Positions 8,386 through 16,329 of a DNA stretch of 21,965 bases are shown in pieces. The stretch is from Candidatus Latescibacterota bacterium. Lineage in GTDB: Bacteria; Latescibacterota; UBA2968; UBA8231. The translations under genes and the position numbers were made by a program. The stretch spans positions 1 to 21,965 of the forward strand of contig CBDETK010000012.1 of assembly GCA_965242865.1 (NCBI GenBank). Direction: 5' to 3'. Under the pieces are notes generated by a model. That model was not told the DNA's origin. It saw nothing but the letters and a program-made list of their open reading frames with translations, and ran no database searches. The stretch's first letter is position 1. Each line of letters begins with the position of its first letter.

Positions 8386-8810
8386 TGGCCAACCCTACCC
8401 TTTTTAATCGAGCCGTCCGCGACATCGTTTGGGACGAGATGAAAAACGGGCGCACCGGCTTGGAGCTGGTAGCCAGCATGCCCGAACGCACGGGCAATCT
8501 GAAACGGTCGTACCGGGTCACTCGGCCCAACAGCCGCACGGTGCGCGTTTCGTTCCCCGGAGCGGATTATTTGGTTCTGCCGGTCATACGTGTCCGGTTC
8601 AACGAAAAAAATCAGCGGCTGGCTGCGGCGGTGTTCGACGCGGAGCGCTTGGCTGTTCGCCGTCGCCAGAGCGACATCGCCCAAGCCGTCTTTATGTTCT
8701 TGGGCGCTCACTTCGCTCGAGAATTTTCTCAAGCGAGCGACCCCAACTTCTTCTTCCGTATCAACAGACAGCTGCGCTTCGCGGGGCGCACCGTAAACCT
8801 CACGAGGTGA
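8385..8810 (+). CDS. HK97 gp10-like neck/tail-completion protein, 141 aa
   Basis: MPERTGNLKRSYRV matches the P-x-x-TG-x-L-x-x-S motif. TAATG overlap with the upstream gene. Confidence 0.6.
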   Translation: MANPTLFNRAVRDIVWDEMKNGRTGLELVASMPERTGNLKRSYRVTRPNSRTVRVSFPGADYLVLPVIRVRFNEKNQRLAAAVFDAERLAVRRRQSDIAQAVFMFLGAHFAREFSQASDPNFFFRINRQLRFAGRTVNLTR

Positions 8811-8813
8811 AAA

Positions 8814-8945
8814 ATGGGCGATTGGCTCCTCCAAGAAGGCATTGACCTGTTCGACGTGCTCACCGTGGTCTGCACGGCCATGTTGACGAAGTTGATACAC
8901 GCCGAGCGTCACCGCCGCAAGCGCGAGCGGAAGCATCACAAGTGA
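8814..8945 (+). CDS. 43-aa putative single-pass membrane peptide (holin candidate), not in the ORF track
   Basis: GAGGTG at 8804-8809 before ATG. Translation: MGDWLLQEGIDLFDVLTVVCTAMLTKLIHAERHRRKRERKHHK. It fills the gap exactly, with a GTGA overlap into portal. Confidence 0.65.
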   Translation: MGDWLLQEGIDLFDVLTVVCTAMLTKLIHAERHRRKRERKHHK

Positions 8946-10066
8946 AGGCCCTCGATTGGTTTCGGCCCGCGGTCCTCCGCCAGCGCGTCCATCAACTCGC
9001 GCTCGCCGAGTGGCGCGCCATTTCCTTCTCCTCCGCCATCGAGCGCGCCGTCGAGGAGCAGGCCCAAGCCAGCGGCGAAGCCATCCGCGCGGGGCTGGCT
9101 GCCCAAGAAGCCTGCGCCGGTCTCTGGGAGCGCGCGTTTGCCTCCGCGACCGTGCGCGGGCGCCGAGCGCAGGGCGTGTGCGGCCCGTCGATGCTCGCGC
9201 TGGTAGCCCGCGAATTTGTCTATACGGGCGAAAGCTGTTGGCTGTTGGAGGTGCTCGATGATGGGATGCTGGCCGCTGGGATTGCTTCGTCGTGGGAGGT
9301 CAACGGCCCGGGCGTCTATCCCCAGCGCTGGCGCTATCGGCTCGACGTGCTGGGGCCTTCGGGCAACCGCACGCGCCGCGCGAACTGGGATGGCGTGCTG
9401 CATTTTATGATTGGCCGCCGCCCTGAGCAGCCCTGGAAGGGCCAAGCCCCGCTGGAGCGCGCATCGGCTACCCAACGTCTAGCCAACCTGCTGGAGACGC
9501 GGCTGGGCGAAGAAGCGGCCGCCCAGGTAGGCAATATCATTGCCTTGCCGCGCGACCCATCCCCGCGGCAAAAGCCCGACGGCACGATGTACGATCCGCT
9601 GGAAGACACCCGCAAAGCACTAGGCAGTATCCGCGGCAAAACGGTGCTCGTCGAGACGACGGCCAGCGGCTGGGGCGAAGGCCGCTTTTCCGCGCCGCGG
9701 CAGGACTGGACACCCCAGCGGATAGGCCCCAATCCCCCCGACAGCCTAGGGACGCTCCGCGTAGAAGTCAGCCGCATCATCACCGCGGCGTTGGGCGTAC
9801 CGCCCGCGTTACTCGAAGAAAGTTCGGACGGAACCAGCCAGCGCGAGAGCTGGCGACGCTTCCTGCATGGCACGATTCAGCCCGTAGCTGAAATCGTAGC
9901 TGAAGAGCTGTCGATCAAGCTGGACGAGCGCGTGCAACTCAATTTCGACCGCCTGTTCGCGTCCGACTTAAGCGGTCGTGCACGTGCGTTTCAGAGTATG
10001 GTTGGGGGGGGTATGGCGGTGGATAAAGCGGCGGCCCTTTCGGGCCTAATGGAACAAGAGGCATGA
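8942..10066 (+). CDS. Portal protein (HK97-like), 374 aa
   Basis: REFVYTGESCW, VLHF...GQAPL, ITAALGVPPALL and FLHGTIQPVAEIVAEELSIKL follow the HK97 portal pattern. Confidence 0.9.
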   Translation: MKALDWFRPAVLRQRVHQLALAEWRAISFSSAIERAVEEQAQASGEAIRAGLAAQEACAGLWERAFASATVRGRRAQGVCGPSMLALVAREFVYTGESCWLLEVLDDGMLAAGIASSWEVNGPGVYPQRWRYRLDVLGPSGNRTRRANWDGVLHFMIGRRPEQPWKGQAPLERASATQRLANLLETRLGEEAAAQVGNIIALPRDPSPRQKPDGTMYDPLEDTRKALGSIRGKTVLVETTASGWGEGRFSAPRQDWTPQRIGPNPPDSLGTLRVEVSRIITAALGVPPALLEESSDGTSQRESWRRFLHGTIQPVAEIVAEELSIKLDERVQLNFDRLFASDLSGRARAFQSMVGGGMAVDKAAALSGLMEQEA

Positions 10067-10098
10067 TCGAAATTCTCGACTGGACTTCATAAGCCGTA

Positions 10099-10132
10099 CA
10101 AACGAACGATAATAGGATTTATCGTTAGTTTG
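10099..10132. other. 14-bp inverted repeat (1 mismatch) with 6-bp spacer; dif-like recombination site, operator or terminator
   Basis: CAAACGAACGATAA-TAGGAT-TTATCGTTAGTTTG between convergent genes. The repeat is directly seen; the function is inferred. Confidence 0.5.
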
Positions 10133-10236
10133 GATCGTTCTTCATAGGGGAAAAACGAGAGCGTTTATTCGGCTTTTATCCGCTCTTCTGTCCCCATTAG
10201 CTGGCCATCGATCCAGCATTCCGGTGCCGACAGGGG

Positions 10237-10265
10237 TAGCGACGGGCGATTTAGCCAAGTCGCTA
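10237..10265 (-). terminator. Possible hairpin ending the minus-strand operon
   Basis: TAGCGAC (10237-10243) pairs with GTCGCTA (10259-10265) just after the stop at 10268. No U-tract. Confidence 0.3.
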
Positions 10266-10267
10266 AA

Positions 10268-10438
10268 CTAATTTAATGCGATGCCTCTCCAGCGCGGCTT
10301 ACGCCCTCGATTGTGAATAGTAATCGAGCAAAAGCCTATCACCGTTTTGAATTTTCCGATGGGAGTGCGCAGCTGAAGTCGTATCCTCAGCGGCACCTCG
10401 TCGTCGAGCGGAATGTATAGCCACGTTTCAAGCTGCAT
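10268..10438 (-). CDS. Hypothetical 56-aa protein downstream of the lysozyme
   Basis: ATG at 10438 with GAGG upstream, overlapping the lysozyme 3' end. Translation MQLETWLYIPLDDEVPLRIRLQLRTPIGKFKTVIGFCSITIHNRGRKPRWRGIALN. Confidence 0.5.
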   Translation of the reverse strand: MQLETWLYIPLDDEVPLRIRLQLRTPIGKFKTVIGFCSITIHNRGRKPRWRGIALN

Positions 10439-11009
10439 GACCGATCGCCTCTTGCCAGACAGCGACGGTCCGGCGCGCCCAACCATGCAGGAAGCGTTGA
10501 TTACTCGGACGATCCCGTACCGAGTCGCAGTACAGGGCTATGCAGGCTATGCAGTAGCCCTTCTGCATGTCGGATGCGTTGAGGTCCGGTGACAACCAGT
10601 CCTCTACGGCCTGCCGGGTATTCCTGCCCCACAGCCCATCGACGAACTTCGGCGACCCCAACAGGGGATTCGTCCACACCACCAATTGCTGCAGGGCGGC
10701 GATGGCGCGCTTGGGGCTGGTTGCGGCCATGTGCGCGTACTGAAGCTGCAACGGCCTCGGCACGTGCTCGATATGGTTGGACTTCAGGTAAGTATCCCAA
10801 AAACGCAGCAGCATGGGCATCAGCAAGTCTTGCAAGTCTGGCGAGTTCTTATTGCCGGTCCAGCGGTCCACTTCGTCCCAGCCTTCCCAGCCGGGATTGT
10901 AGTGCCGGGCAATGCCGGCATAGGTCTCGCCGCCGCTGTCGTTGGGGTCGTTGACGTAGCCGCCCTCCGATTTGAGGACGGAAACGAGGATGGCATGCTC
11001 TACCATCAT
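10428..11009 (-). CDS. GH108 lysozyme/endolysin (copy 2)
   Basis: Identical translation to 4..585. Confidence 0.92.
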   Translation of the reverse strand: MMVEHAILVSVLKSEGGYVNDPNDSGGETYAGIARHYNPGWEGWDEVDRWTGNKNSPDLQDLLMPMLLRFWDTYLKSNHIEHVPRPLQLQYAHMAATSPKRAIAALQQLVVWTNPLLGSPKFVDGLWGRNTRQAVEDWLSPDLNASDMQKGYCIACIALYCDSVRDRPSNQRFLHGWARRTVAVWQEAIGHAA

Positions 11010-11173
11010 CGCTCCTTTCTTTGCGCGCGCTCGCGTTTACGCTTATTCCGCGCGGCCAAGTTCCGCAGATTCATGGCGTGGCGCTTTGAGCAGTGCGGCG
11101 AGCACGTCTTGATGCGAGGGTTTAAGGCACGGCGATACCCATCGATTGGGCTGCCGCAGACTGCACAGTTCAT
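11006..11173 (-). CDS. Small Cys4 zinc-binding protein (copy 2)
   Basis: Identical to 582..749. Confidence 0.75.
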   Translation of the reverse strand: MNCAVCGSPIDGYRRALNPRIKTCSPHCSKRHAMNLRNLAARNKRKRERAQRKER

Positions 11174-11235
11174 AGAGCCTCCTGATTGCACAGACAAATA
11201 AATATGATGTGTCTGCGGATGTCCAGCACTTTTTT

Positions 11236-11421
11236 TTATCCACAAATCCACAGCCCCTAGTACTACGATCCAAGGCTGTGGATTTGTCCTTACCACTACT
11301 AGGGGCTGTGGATTTGTGGACCCGCCTATGAAGGAAGGATGTAGAAAGGATGTGGAAAGAATGTGGAAAACTAGCGATGCCCATACATCTTGCTATCTTT
11401 TCCACAAGATGGTGTGGAAAG
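11236..11421. promoter_or_regulatory. DnaA-box cluster, putative origin (copy 2)
   Basis: Identical to 812..997. Confidence 0.75.
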
Positions 11422-11505
11422 GGGACGGCGGGGGCGGCGGCGGGGACCCCTGCGGCGGTCGCGCCTATGGGGGACAAACCGCGCACGGGGGACACGCGCT
11501 TTCAC
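11421..11505 (+). other. G-rich segment upstream of terL, candidate cos/packaging site
   Basis: Four GGGGAC motifs (11421, 11442, 11470, 11488). 11425-11505 is absent from copy 1. Confidence 0.45.
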
Positions 11506-11519
11506 GTGGGCATGAAAAA

Positions 11520-13121
11520 GTGAAGGACGAGACCAAAAAAAGAAGGGCCAATCACGCAGCGTACATGCGTGAGTGGCGGCGCAAGCAGAAGGAGAAAAAG
11601 GCCGCTGCGTCCGTATGTCTGCGTTCGGCAGCCGAGTATGAACCGGACCTCGACGGCTTTTTTGCGTGGGCCGAAGCCAAGCTGAAAGTGCCCTCGGGGC
11701 CGTTGCAGGGCGAACCCTTCCTCATCGACGATTGGCAACAGCACTTCCTCCGCGAAGCGCACACTGCGCGCGAAAGCGGGCTGTCGGTGGCGCGGAAGAA
11801 TGGGAAGTCTGGCCTAATAGCCGCCTACGTGCTGGGCCACTTGGTGGGGCCGCTCAATCGGCCCGATTGGCGCGGGGTCGTAATTAGCCTAACTGGCGAG
11901 CTGGCCAAAGAGCTGCGGCTGGCCATCTCATTAACGGCCGAAGCGAGCGGCTTCGAAATAATCGACCGGCAAACGCCCCAACCGGGTCGCGTCGAAGGCG
12001 ACCGCGGGGCCGCGGTCAAATTCTTAGCCAGCGACCGGGCGACCGGGCACGCCATCGGCAGCGACTTAGCGATTATCGATGAGGCCGGCTTGCTCGAAGA
12101 GACACACCGCGAGCTATGGAACGCGGTGCTGTCCTCGACCAGCGGTCGCAACGGGCGCTTGCTCTGCATCAGCATTCAGGGGATGGGGCCGATGTTCAAG
12201 GAGATGCGCGACCGCGCTCAGCGCGGAGTCTGCTGGCATGAATATGCCGCGCCGTTGACCGCGGCCATCGACCAGCCCCAGACCTGGCATGCGGCTAATC
12301 CGGGTTTACGCCGCGGCATTAAGTCCATGGAGTATATGCGCGACATGGCGCAACGGGCGCTCGACAGCCCAGCCGATCAGCCCTCGTTCCGCGCCTACGA
12401 CCTCAACCAGCCGCAGGATCCATCGCGTGAAAGTTTGTGCAGCTTAACCGATTGGATGGCGTGCGTGCACAAAGAGCCTGCGCCGCGAAGGGGGCCGTGC
12501 GTGATTGGCTTCGACCTGGGGGGCGCATCGAGTATGACCGCGCTATGCGCTTTTTGGCCAGCTACGGGACGGGCCGAAGCATGGGGCGCGTTCCCCTCGA
12601 CGCCGAATTTAATCGACCGCGGTGCCCGCGATGGAGTGGGCGGCCTGTACCAGCGCATGGCCGATCGCGGCGAGCTGAAGGTGTACCCGGGTCGAGTGAC
12701 GCCGGTCGGAGAATTTCTGCTTGACTGCGCGGACCAGCTAAAAAATCAGGAAGTGTCGGCTGCCGGATGCGACCGCTATCGGGCGGCCGAAGCCGCCCAA
12801 GCCCTGCAGCAGGCGGCCATCAGTTGGCCGATGGTCTACCGCGGGCAGGGCGCGTCCGCCGGGGCCGACGGCAGCCACGATGTCCGAGCGTTCCAGCGCT
12901 ACGTGTTGCGCGCCGACTGGTCGATGGCAGAAAGCCTGCTATTCGAAAGTGCGGTACGCGAATCCTCGATTCGCCGGGATCCGGCGGGCAACCCCGCGCT
13001 GGAACGCTCCCGCTCGCGGGGGCGCATCGACGTACTGCAGGCTGGGGTGATTGCCGCGGGGCTGGGCGAGCTGCTGTTGGGAACGATCGGGCTGCCGCGG
13101 GCGCGGGTGGTGTTGGCGTGA
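11520..13121 (+). CDS. terL: Terminase large subunit (copy 2)
   Basis: Identical translation to copy 1 from the GTG start onward. Confidence 0.95.
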   Translation: MKDETKKRRANHAAYMREWRRKQKEKKAAASVCLRSAAEYEPDLDGFFAWAEAKLKVPSGPLQGEPFLIDDWQQHFLREAHTARESGLSVARKNGKSGLIAAYVLGHLVGPLNRPDWRGVVISLTGELAKELRLAISLTAEASGFEIIDRQTPQPGRVEGDRGAAVKFLASDRATGHAIGSDLAIIDEAGLLEETHRELWNAVLSSTSGRNGRLLCISIQGMGPMFKEMRDRAQRGVCWHEYAAPLTAAIDQPQTWHAANPGLRRGIKSMEYMRDMAQRALDSPADQPSFRAYDLNQPQDPSRESLCSLTDWMACVHKEPAPRRGPCVIGFDLGGASSMTALCAFWPATGRAEAWGAFPSTPNLIDRGARDGVGGLYQRMADRGELKVYPGRVTPVGEFLLDCADQLKNQEVSAAGCDRYRAAEAAQALQQAAISWPMVYRGQGASAGADGSHDVRAFQRYVLRADWSMAESLLFESAVRESSIRRDPAGNPALERSRSRGRIDVLQAGVIAAGLGELLLGTIGLPRARVVLA

Positions 13122-13161
13122 AGCTTAATCGTTTGTCGAGCCTAAAAGCGGAAAAAAAAAC

Positions 13162-13443
13162 GTGAAGCCTTCCGTCAGCGTACGCCAAGCGCGCCGCAAC
13201 TACCAGCTTCCGCGCTGGCGGCAGCTGCGGCGGCAGGTGTTTGAGCGCGACGGCTGGCGCTGCCGCCAGTGCGGGCGGGCCGGTCGATTGGAGTGCGATC
13301 ATATCCGCAACTGGCGCGAAGGCGGCCCCTTCTGGTCGATGCACAATTTGCAGGCGCTGTGTAGGGGGTGCCATATTGAAAAGACGAGCCGCGAGGTGAA
13401 AGCGCGTAAACTCCAGTGGGACGATAGGTTGCAGGGGCTATGA
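13162..13443 (+). CDS. HNH endonuclease (copy 2)
   Basis: Identical to 2657..2938. Confidence 0.93.
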   Translation: MKPSVSVRQARRNYQLPRWRQLRRQVFERDGWRCRQCGRAGRLECDHIRNWREGGPFWSMHNLQALCRGCHIEKTSREVKARKLQWDDRLQGL

Positions 13444-14489
13444 CGGAAGCAGTTCAGCCGCTTGATACAGTGCTGACGTGGAAGGACGTCGGGGATGGGG
13501 CGCCAGCGCAGGGCCTGATTGTCGAGGTAGGCGAAGGGGACGCAGAGCCGGCAGTCACCGGGAGAGAGGTGCGTGTTACGCCCGAGTTTGTGTTTAGCGG
13601 GGGCGTACAAGAAATGAGATTTCCGACTCGGCCGCAGGACCTGGCGGTGACAGATCCTATCCGAGTCACGGCCGGCAACTCCATATATTTAGCCGGGCAT
13701 TCTGTGAATTCTATTGCTGAGTGGTATATAGCGGTCCAGTTAAACGCCGCGGTGCTTAGCGATACGAGCGCGGCTGTAAGAACGTTGGTCGAGGCCACCG
13801 GCACAGCCGGCACCGTCTTGCAGAATCCGCCCGCTCTTATCGGACTCAATATTGGTCCAAATTCGCCGTTGCCGAGCTACGTTATCGCGGCCGCCGGCCT
13901 GTCGCCGGGGGCGACCTTTCCAGACAATCAAGAGGTCGTCACCACGCTAAATTTGAGCTGGAACGGCCTCAACAGTTTTAACGATAGAATCCGGGGCACC
14001 CACTTGCTGGCGATTAAGCGGCCCATTGAAATTCGATACTTTGCGAACCACCGCTTCCTCGTTCTGCCAATCGCCAATAGCGACATCATATTTTCGTCGC
14101 GTTCGCGCCGCTCGGGCTTATCTGATTATAGAAGCAGGACGCCCATCCCAGGGACGCTGACGGCCCTGCCCGTGAATTGGACCTATCAAGGCGCGCCCAC
14201 CGTTAGCCCTGAAGGTCCTTTCACGGCGCGCCGCCTGTTTGCTCGACGCGACGACAGCCAGGTCGAAACCGTCAATTACTCGACGGATGATGATGGCAAT
14301 ACAGTCGCCACGGTCCGAAGGGCTACCGATTTTATCGTCCGGCGCGACACCATCCCGCCGGTCAGTGCGCTACTTTCCGAGTTCGACACGTGGGACGGCA
14401 GCCGCCCGGTCTGGAGCGTCGAAACCGTCGAACATCTCGACCGCGCTCGCTTTGCTCGACTGAGGTGTTCCGAATTTGTTGTTGTGTAA
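13440..14489 (+). CDS. Putative head-closure protein with insertion (copy 2)
   Basis: Identical to 2935..3984. Confidence 0.55.
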   Translation: MTEAVQPLDTVLTWKDVGDGAPAQGLIVEVGEGDAEPAVTGREVRVTPEFVFSGGVQEMRFPTRPQDLAVTDPIRVTAGNSIYLAGHSVNSIAEWYIAVQLNAAVLSDTSAAVRTLVEATGTAGTVLQNPPALIGLNIGPNSPLPSYVIAAAGLSPGATFPDNQEVVTTLNLSWNGLNSFNDRIRGTHLLAIKRPIEIRYFANHRFLVLPIANSDIIFSSRSRRSGLSDYRSRTPIPGTLTALPVNWTYQGAPTVSPEGPFTARRLFARRDDSQVETVNYSTDDDGNTVATVRRATDFIVRRDTIPPVSALLSEFDTWDGSRPVWSVETVEHLDRARFARLRCSEFVVV

Positions 14490-14512
14490 CCCATTCACAG
14501 GAGGACTTCCCT

Positions 14513-15784
14513 TTGACCCCTTTGCAGAAACTCCAAGTTCGGCAGTCCGAGCTTCGTCAGCGCGTCAACGATTTGTTGGGCAAGGACACGCTCGAAGACG
14601 CGGAGGCGACCGAGCTGGAAAAAGCCACCCGCGAGCTGCAGGACATCGAGCCGAAATTGCGGGCCGCGCTCGTAGCCCAAGACGACGGCTCGACCGCGGA
14701 CGAAGACCCCGCGGACGACGAACAAAAGCGCGACGACAACCCGGACGCCGAAGTCCGCGAGCTGCAGGAGCTATCCTGCCGCGCCCTGCTGTCCAACTTC
14801 GCCGTCTCAGCCCTCAGCCAGCGCAACGCCGAAGGCGCGGAAAAAGAGCTGGCCGAAGCGTTCAAAATCCCCGCGGACGCCGGCCACATCCCGCTGATTA
14901 TGCTGGTCGCGCCCGAAGAGCGGGCCGATGCGGTCAGCGACTTCAATGCCGCGGACGCGCCGGTGTCTTCGGGCCGCTTCCTGGCGCGGGTGTTCACCAC
15001 GTCGATAGCCCGCTGGCTGGGCGTCACCTTCGAGAGCGTGCCCGTAGGCGAGCGCGTCCACACGGTGCTCACCGGCGGCGTCGATCCGGACACCGTAGCC
15101 CGCGCTGCCGCCCACGATGCGGACGCGGCCACGCTGTCGACGGTCGTCATGGATCCGCACCGCATCACGGCGCGGTACCTGTTCGAGCTCGAAGATTTGG
15201 CGCGGCTGCCGCAGTTGGAAGCGCGGCTGAGGCAGGACTTGTCGATGGCGTTGGCCAACGAGATGGACGATCAGATTTTCAACGGCAACGCCCAACTGAT
15301 GTCCAACGGCCTGTCCAACGCGCTGGCGGCCGGCCAGACCGAGACGGTAGCCACCTTCTCGACGGCGACCGCCGAAGACCTCCATGGGGACGTCCTCTCG
15401 GCGATTGATGGGGTGTACGCGACCATGCTCGAGGACGTGCGGTTGGCGATGGATAGCAGCTCGCTGGTCGCATTCAAGAAGTTGGTCAATGCGGACGTGG
15501 AAATGTTCCTCTACGACATCCTCAAGATGCAGGGGCTGTCGATGAACTCGTCCAACCACATCGCGGGCGGGCAGCTGGCCGACGGCGACAAGTGGGCCTA
15601 TGCCTCGAAGGGGCGCGGGCTGGCCGGCGCCGCGATCGCGGCCGTGTGGCCGTCCCTGCAGCTCATCCGCGATCCGTACACGGCCGCGGCCAAGGGCCAA
15701 GTCGCCCTCACCATCATTCAGATGTGGGATTTCGCCCTCATTCGCGCGGCCAACTTCCGCCGCTTCGTCGCGACCGCGAAGTGA
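14513..15784 (+). CDS. Major capsid protein (copy 2)
   Basis: Identical to 4008..5279. Confidence 0.92.
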   Translation: MTPLQKLQVRQSELRQRVNDLLGKDTLEDAEATELEKATRELQDIEPKLRAALVAQDDGSTADEDPADDEQKRDDNPDAEVRELQELSCRALLSNFAVSALSQRNAEGAEKELAEAFKIPADAGHIPLIMLVAPEERADAVSDFNAADAPVSSGRFLARVFTTSIARWLGVTFESVPVGERVHTVLTGGVDPDTVARAAAHDADAATLSTVVMDPHRITARYLFELEDLARLPQLEARLRQDLSMALANEMDDQIFNGNAQLMSNGLSNALAAGQTETVATFSTATAEDLHGDVLSAIDGVYATMLEDVRLAMDSSSLVAFKKLVNADVEMFLYDILKMQGLSMNSSNHIAGGQLADGDKWAYASKGRGLAGAAIAAVWPSLQLIRDPYTAAAKGQVALTIIQMWDFALIRAANFRRFVATAK

Positions 15785-16329
15785 CCGCGGCCAAACAATC
15801 CGCCGCCCTGCCACTGGCCTTTACCCGCAACGAGAGCGGGGACCTAGCGAGGGGGTTAGGCACTGTGCGCGGGGCGGCTATTATCTGGGGGGACGTAGCC
15901 CGATTAGGCCGGGGCGCGTTTGCCTTGCGCGAGCAGTTCAAGCGCGGGGCGTTGACGCCCTACAACCGCGGGGTGATAGCGTCCGTCCAGCACGACCGCT
16001 CGCAATTGCTGGCGCAATACCCTAACGGCGGCCTGCGGCTCGACAGCCGCGATCGCGGCTACTTCGTCGAAATTGATCTACCCGATACCACCGTGGGGCG
16101 CGATGCGGCCGCGCTCATCGACCGCGGGGCGCTTCGGGGCTTGTCGATTGAGTTTGTCGATGAGAAAATCCGTGACCGCGGCCACCGCGATATCGTCATC
16201 GAGCGGGCCACCATAACGGGCGTTTCCATCGTCGATCGGCCGGCCTATCCCCAATCGGAGATCGAGTTTATTCAACGTTGGCTCGACGCGCCGCCGGCGA
16301 AACCTTCACGGAGATCACGATGGCTCTAA
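15781..16329 (+). CDS. Prohead protease (copy 2)
   Basis: Identical to 5276..5824. Confidence 0.92.
   Translation: MTAAKQSAALPLAFTRNESGDLARGLGTVRGAAIIWGDVARLGRGAFALREQFKRGALTPYNRGVIASVQHDRSQLLAQYPNGGLRLDSRDRGYFVEIDLPDTTVGRDAAALIDRGALRGLSIEFVDEKIRDRGHRDIVIERATITGVSIVDRPAYPQSEIEFIQRWLDAPPAKPSRRSRWL

Larger units (their letters stand above)
1..10424. repeat. Tandem unit copy 1 (10,424 bp; lacks the 81-bp G-rich segment)
   Basis: Sequence at 1 (gtttcaagctgcatg) recurs at 10425 and 20930. ORF offsets to copy 2 are 10,424 before position 1000 and 10,505 after it. Confidence 0.98.

Noticed and set aside
8740-8810. Diversity-generating retroelement as the cause of the two substitutions
   Set aside because: No reverse transcriptase and no template/variable repeat pair is present, and the changes are not consistently at adenines on one strand.
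10018-10026. DnaA-box-like GGTGGATAA at the end of the portal gene
   Set aside because: It is an isolated one-mismatch hit inside coding sequence, expected by chance.
11350-11523. Short ORF ending in a GTGA overlap with terL, as a possible TerS
   Set aside because: It is under 60 aa, low complexity, crosses the cis-repeat region and shows no TerS-like features.
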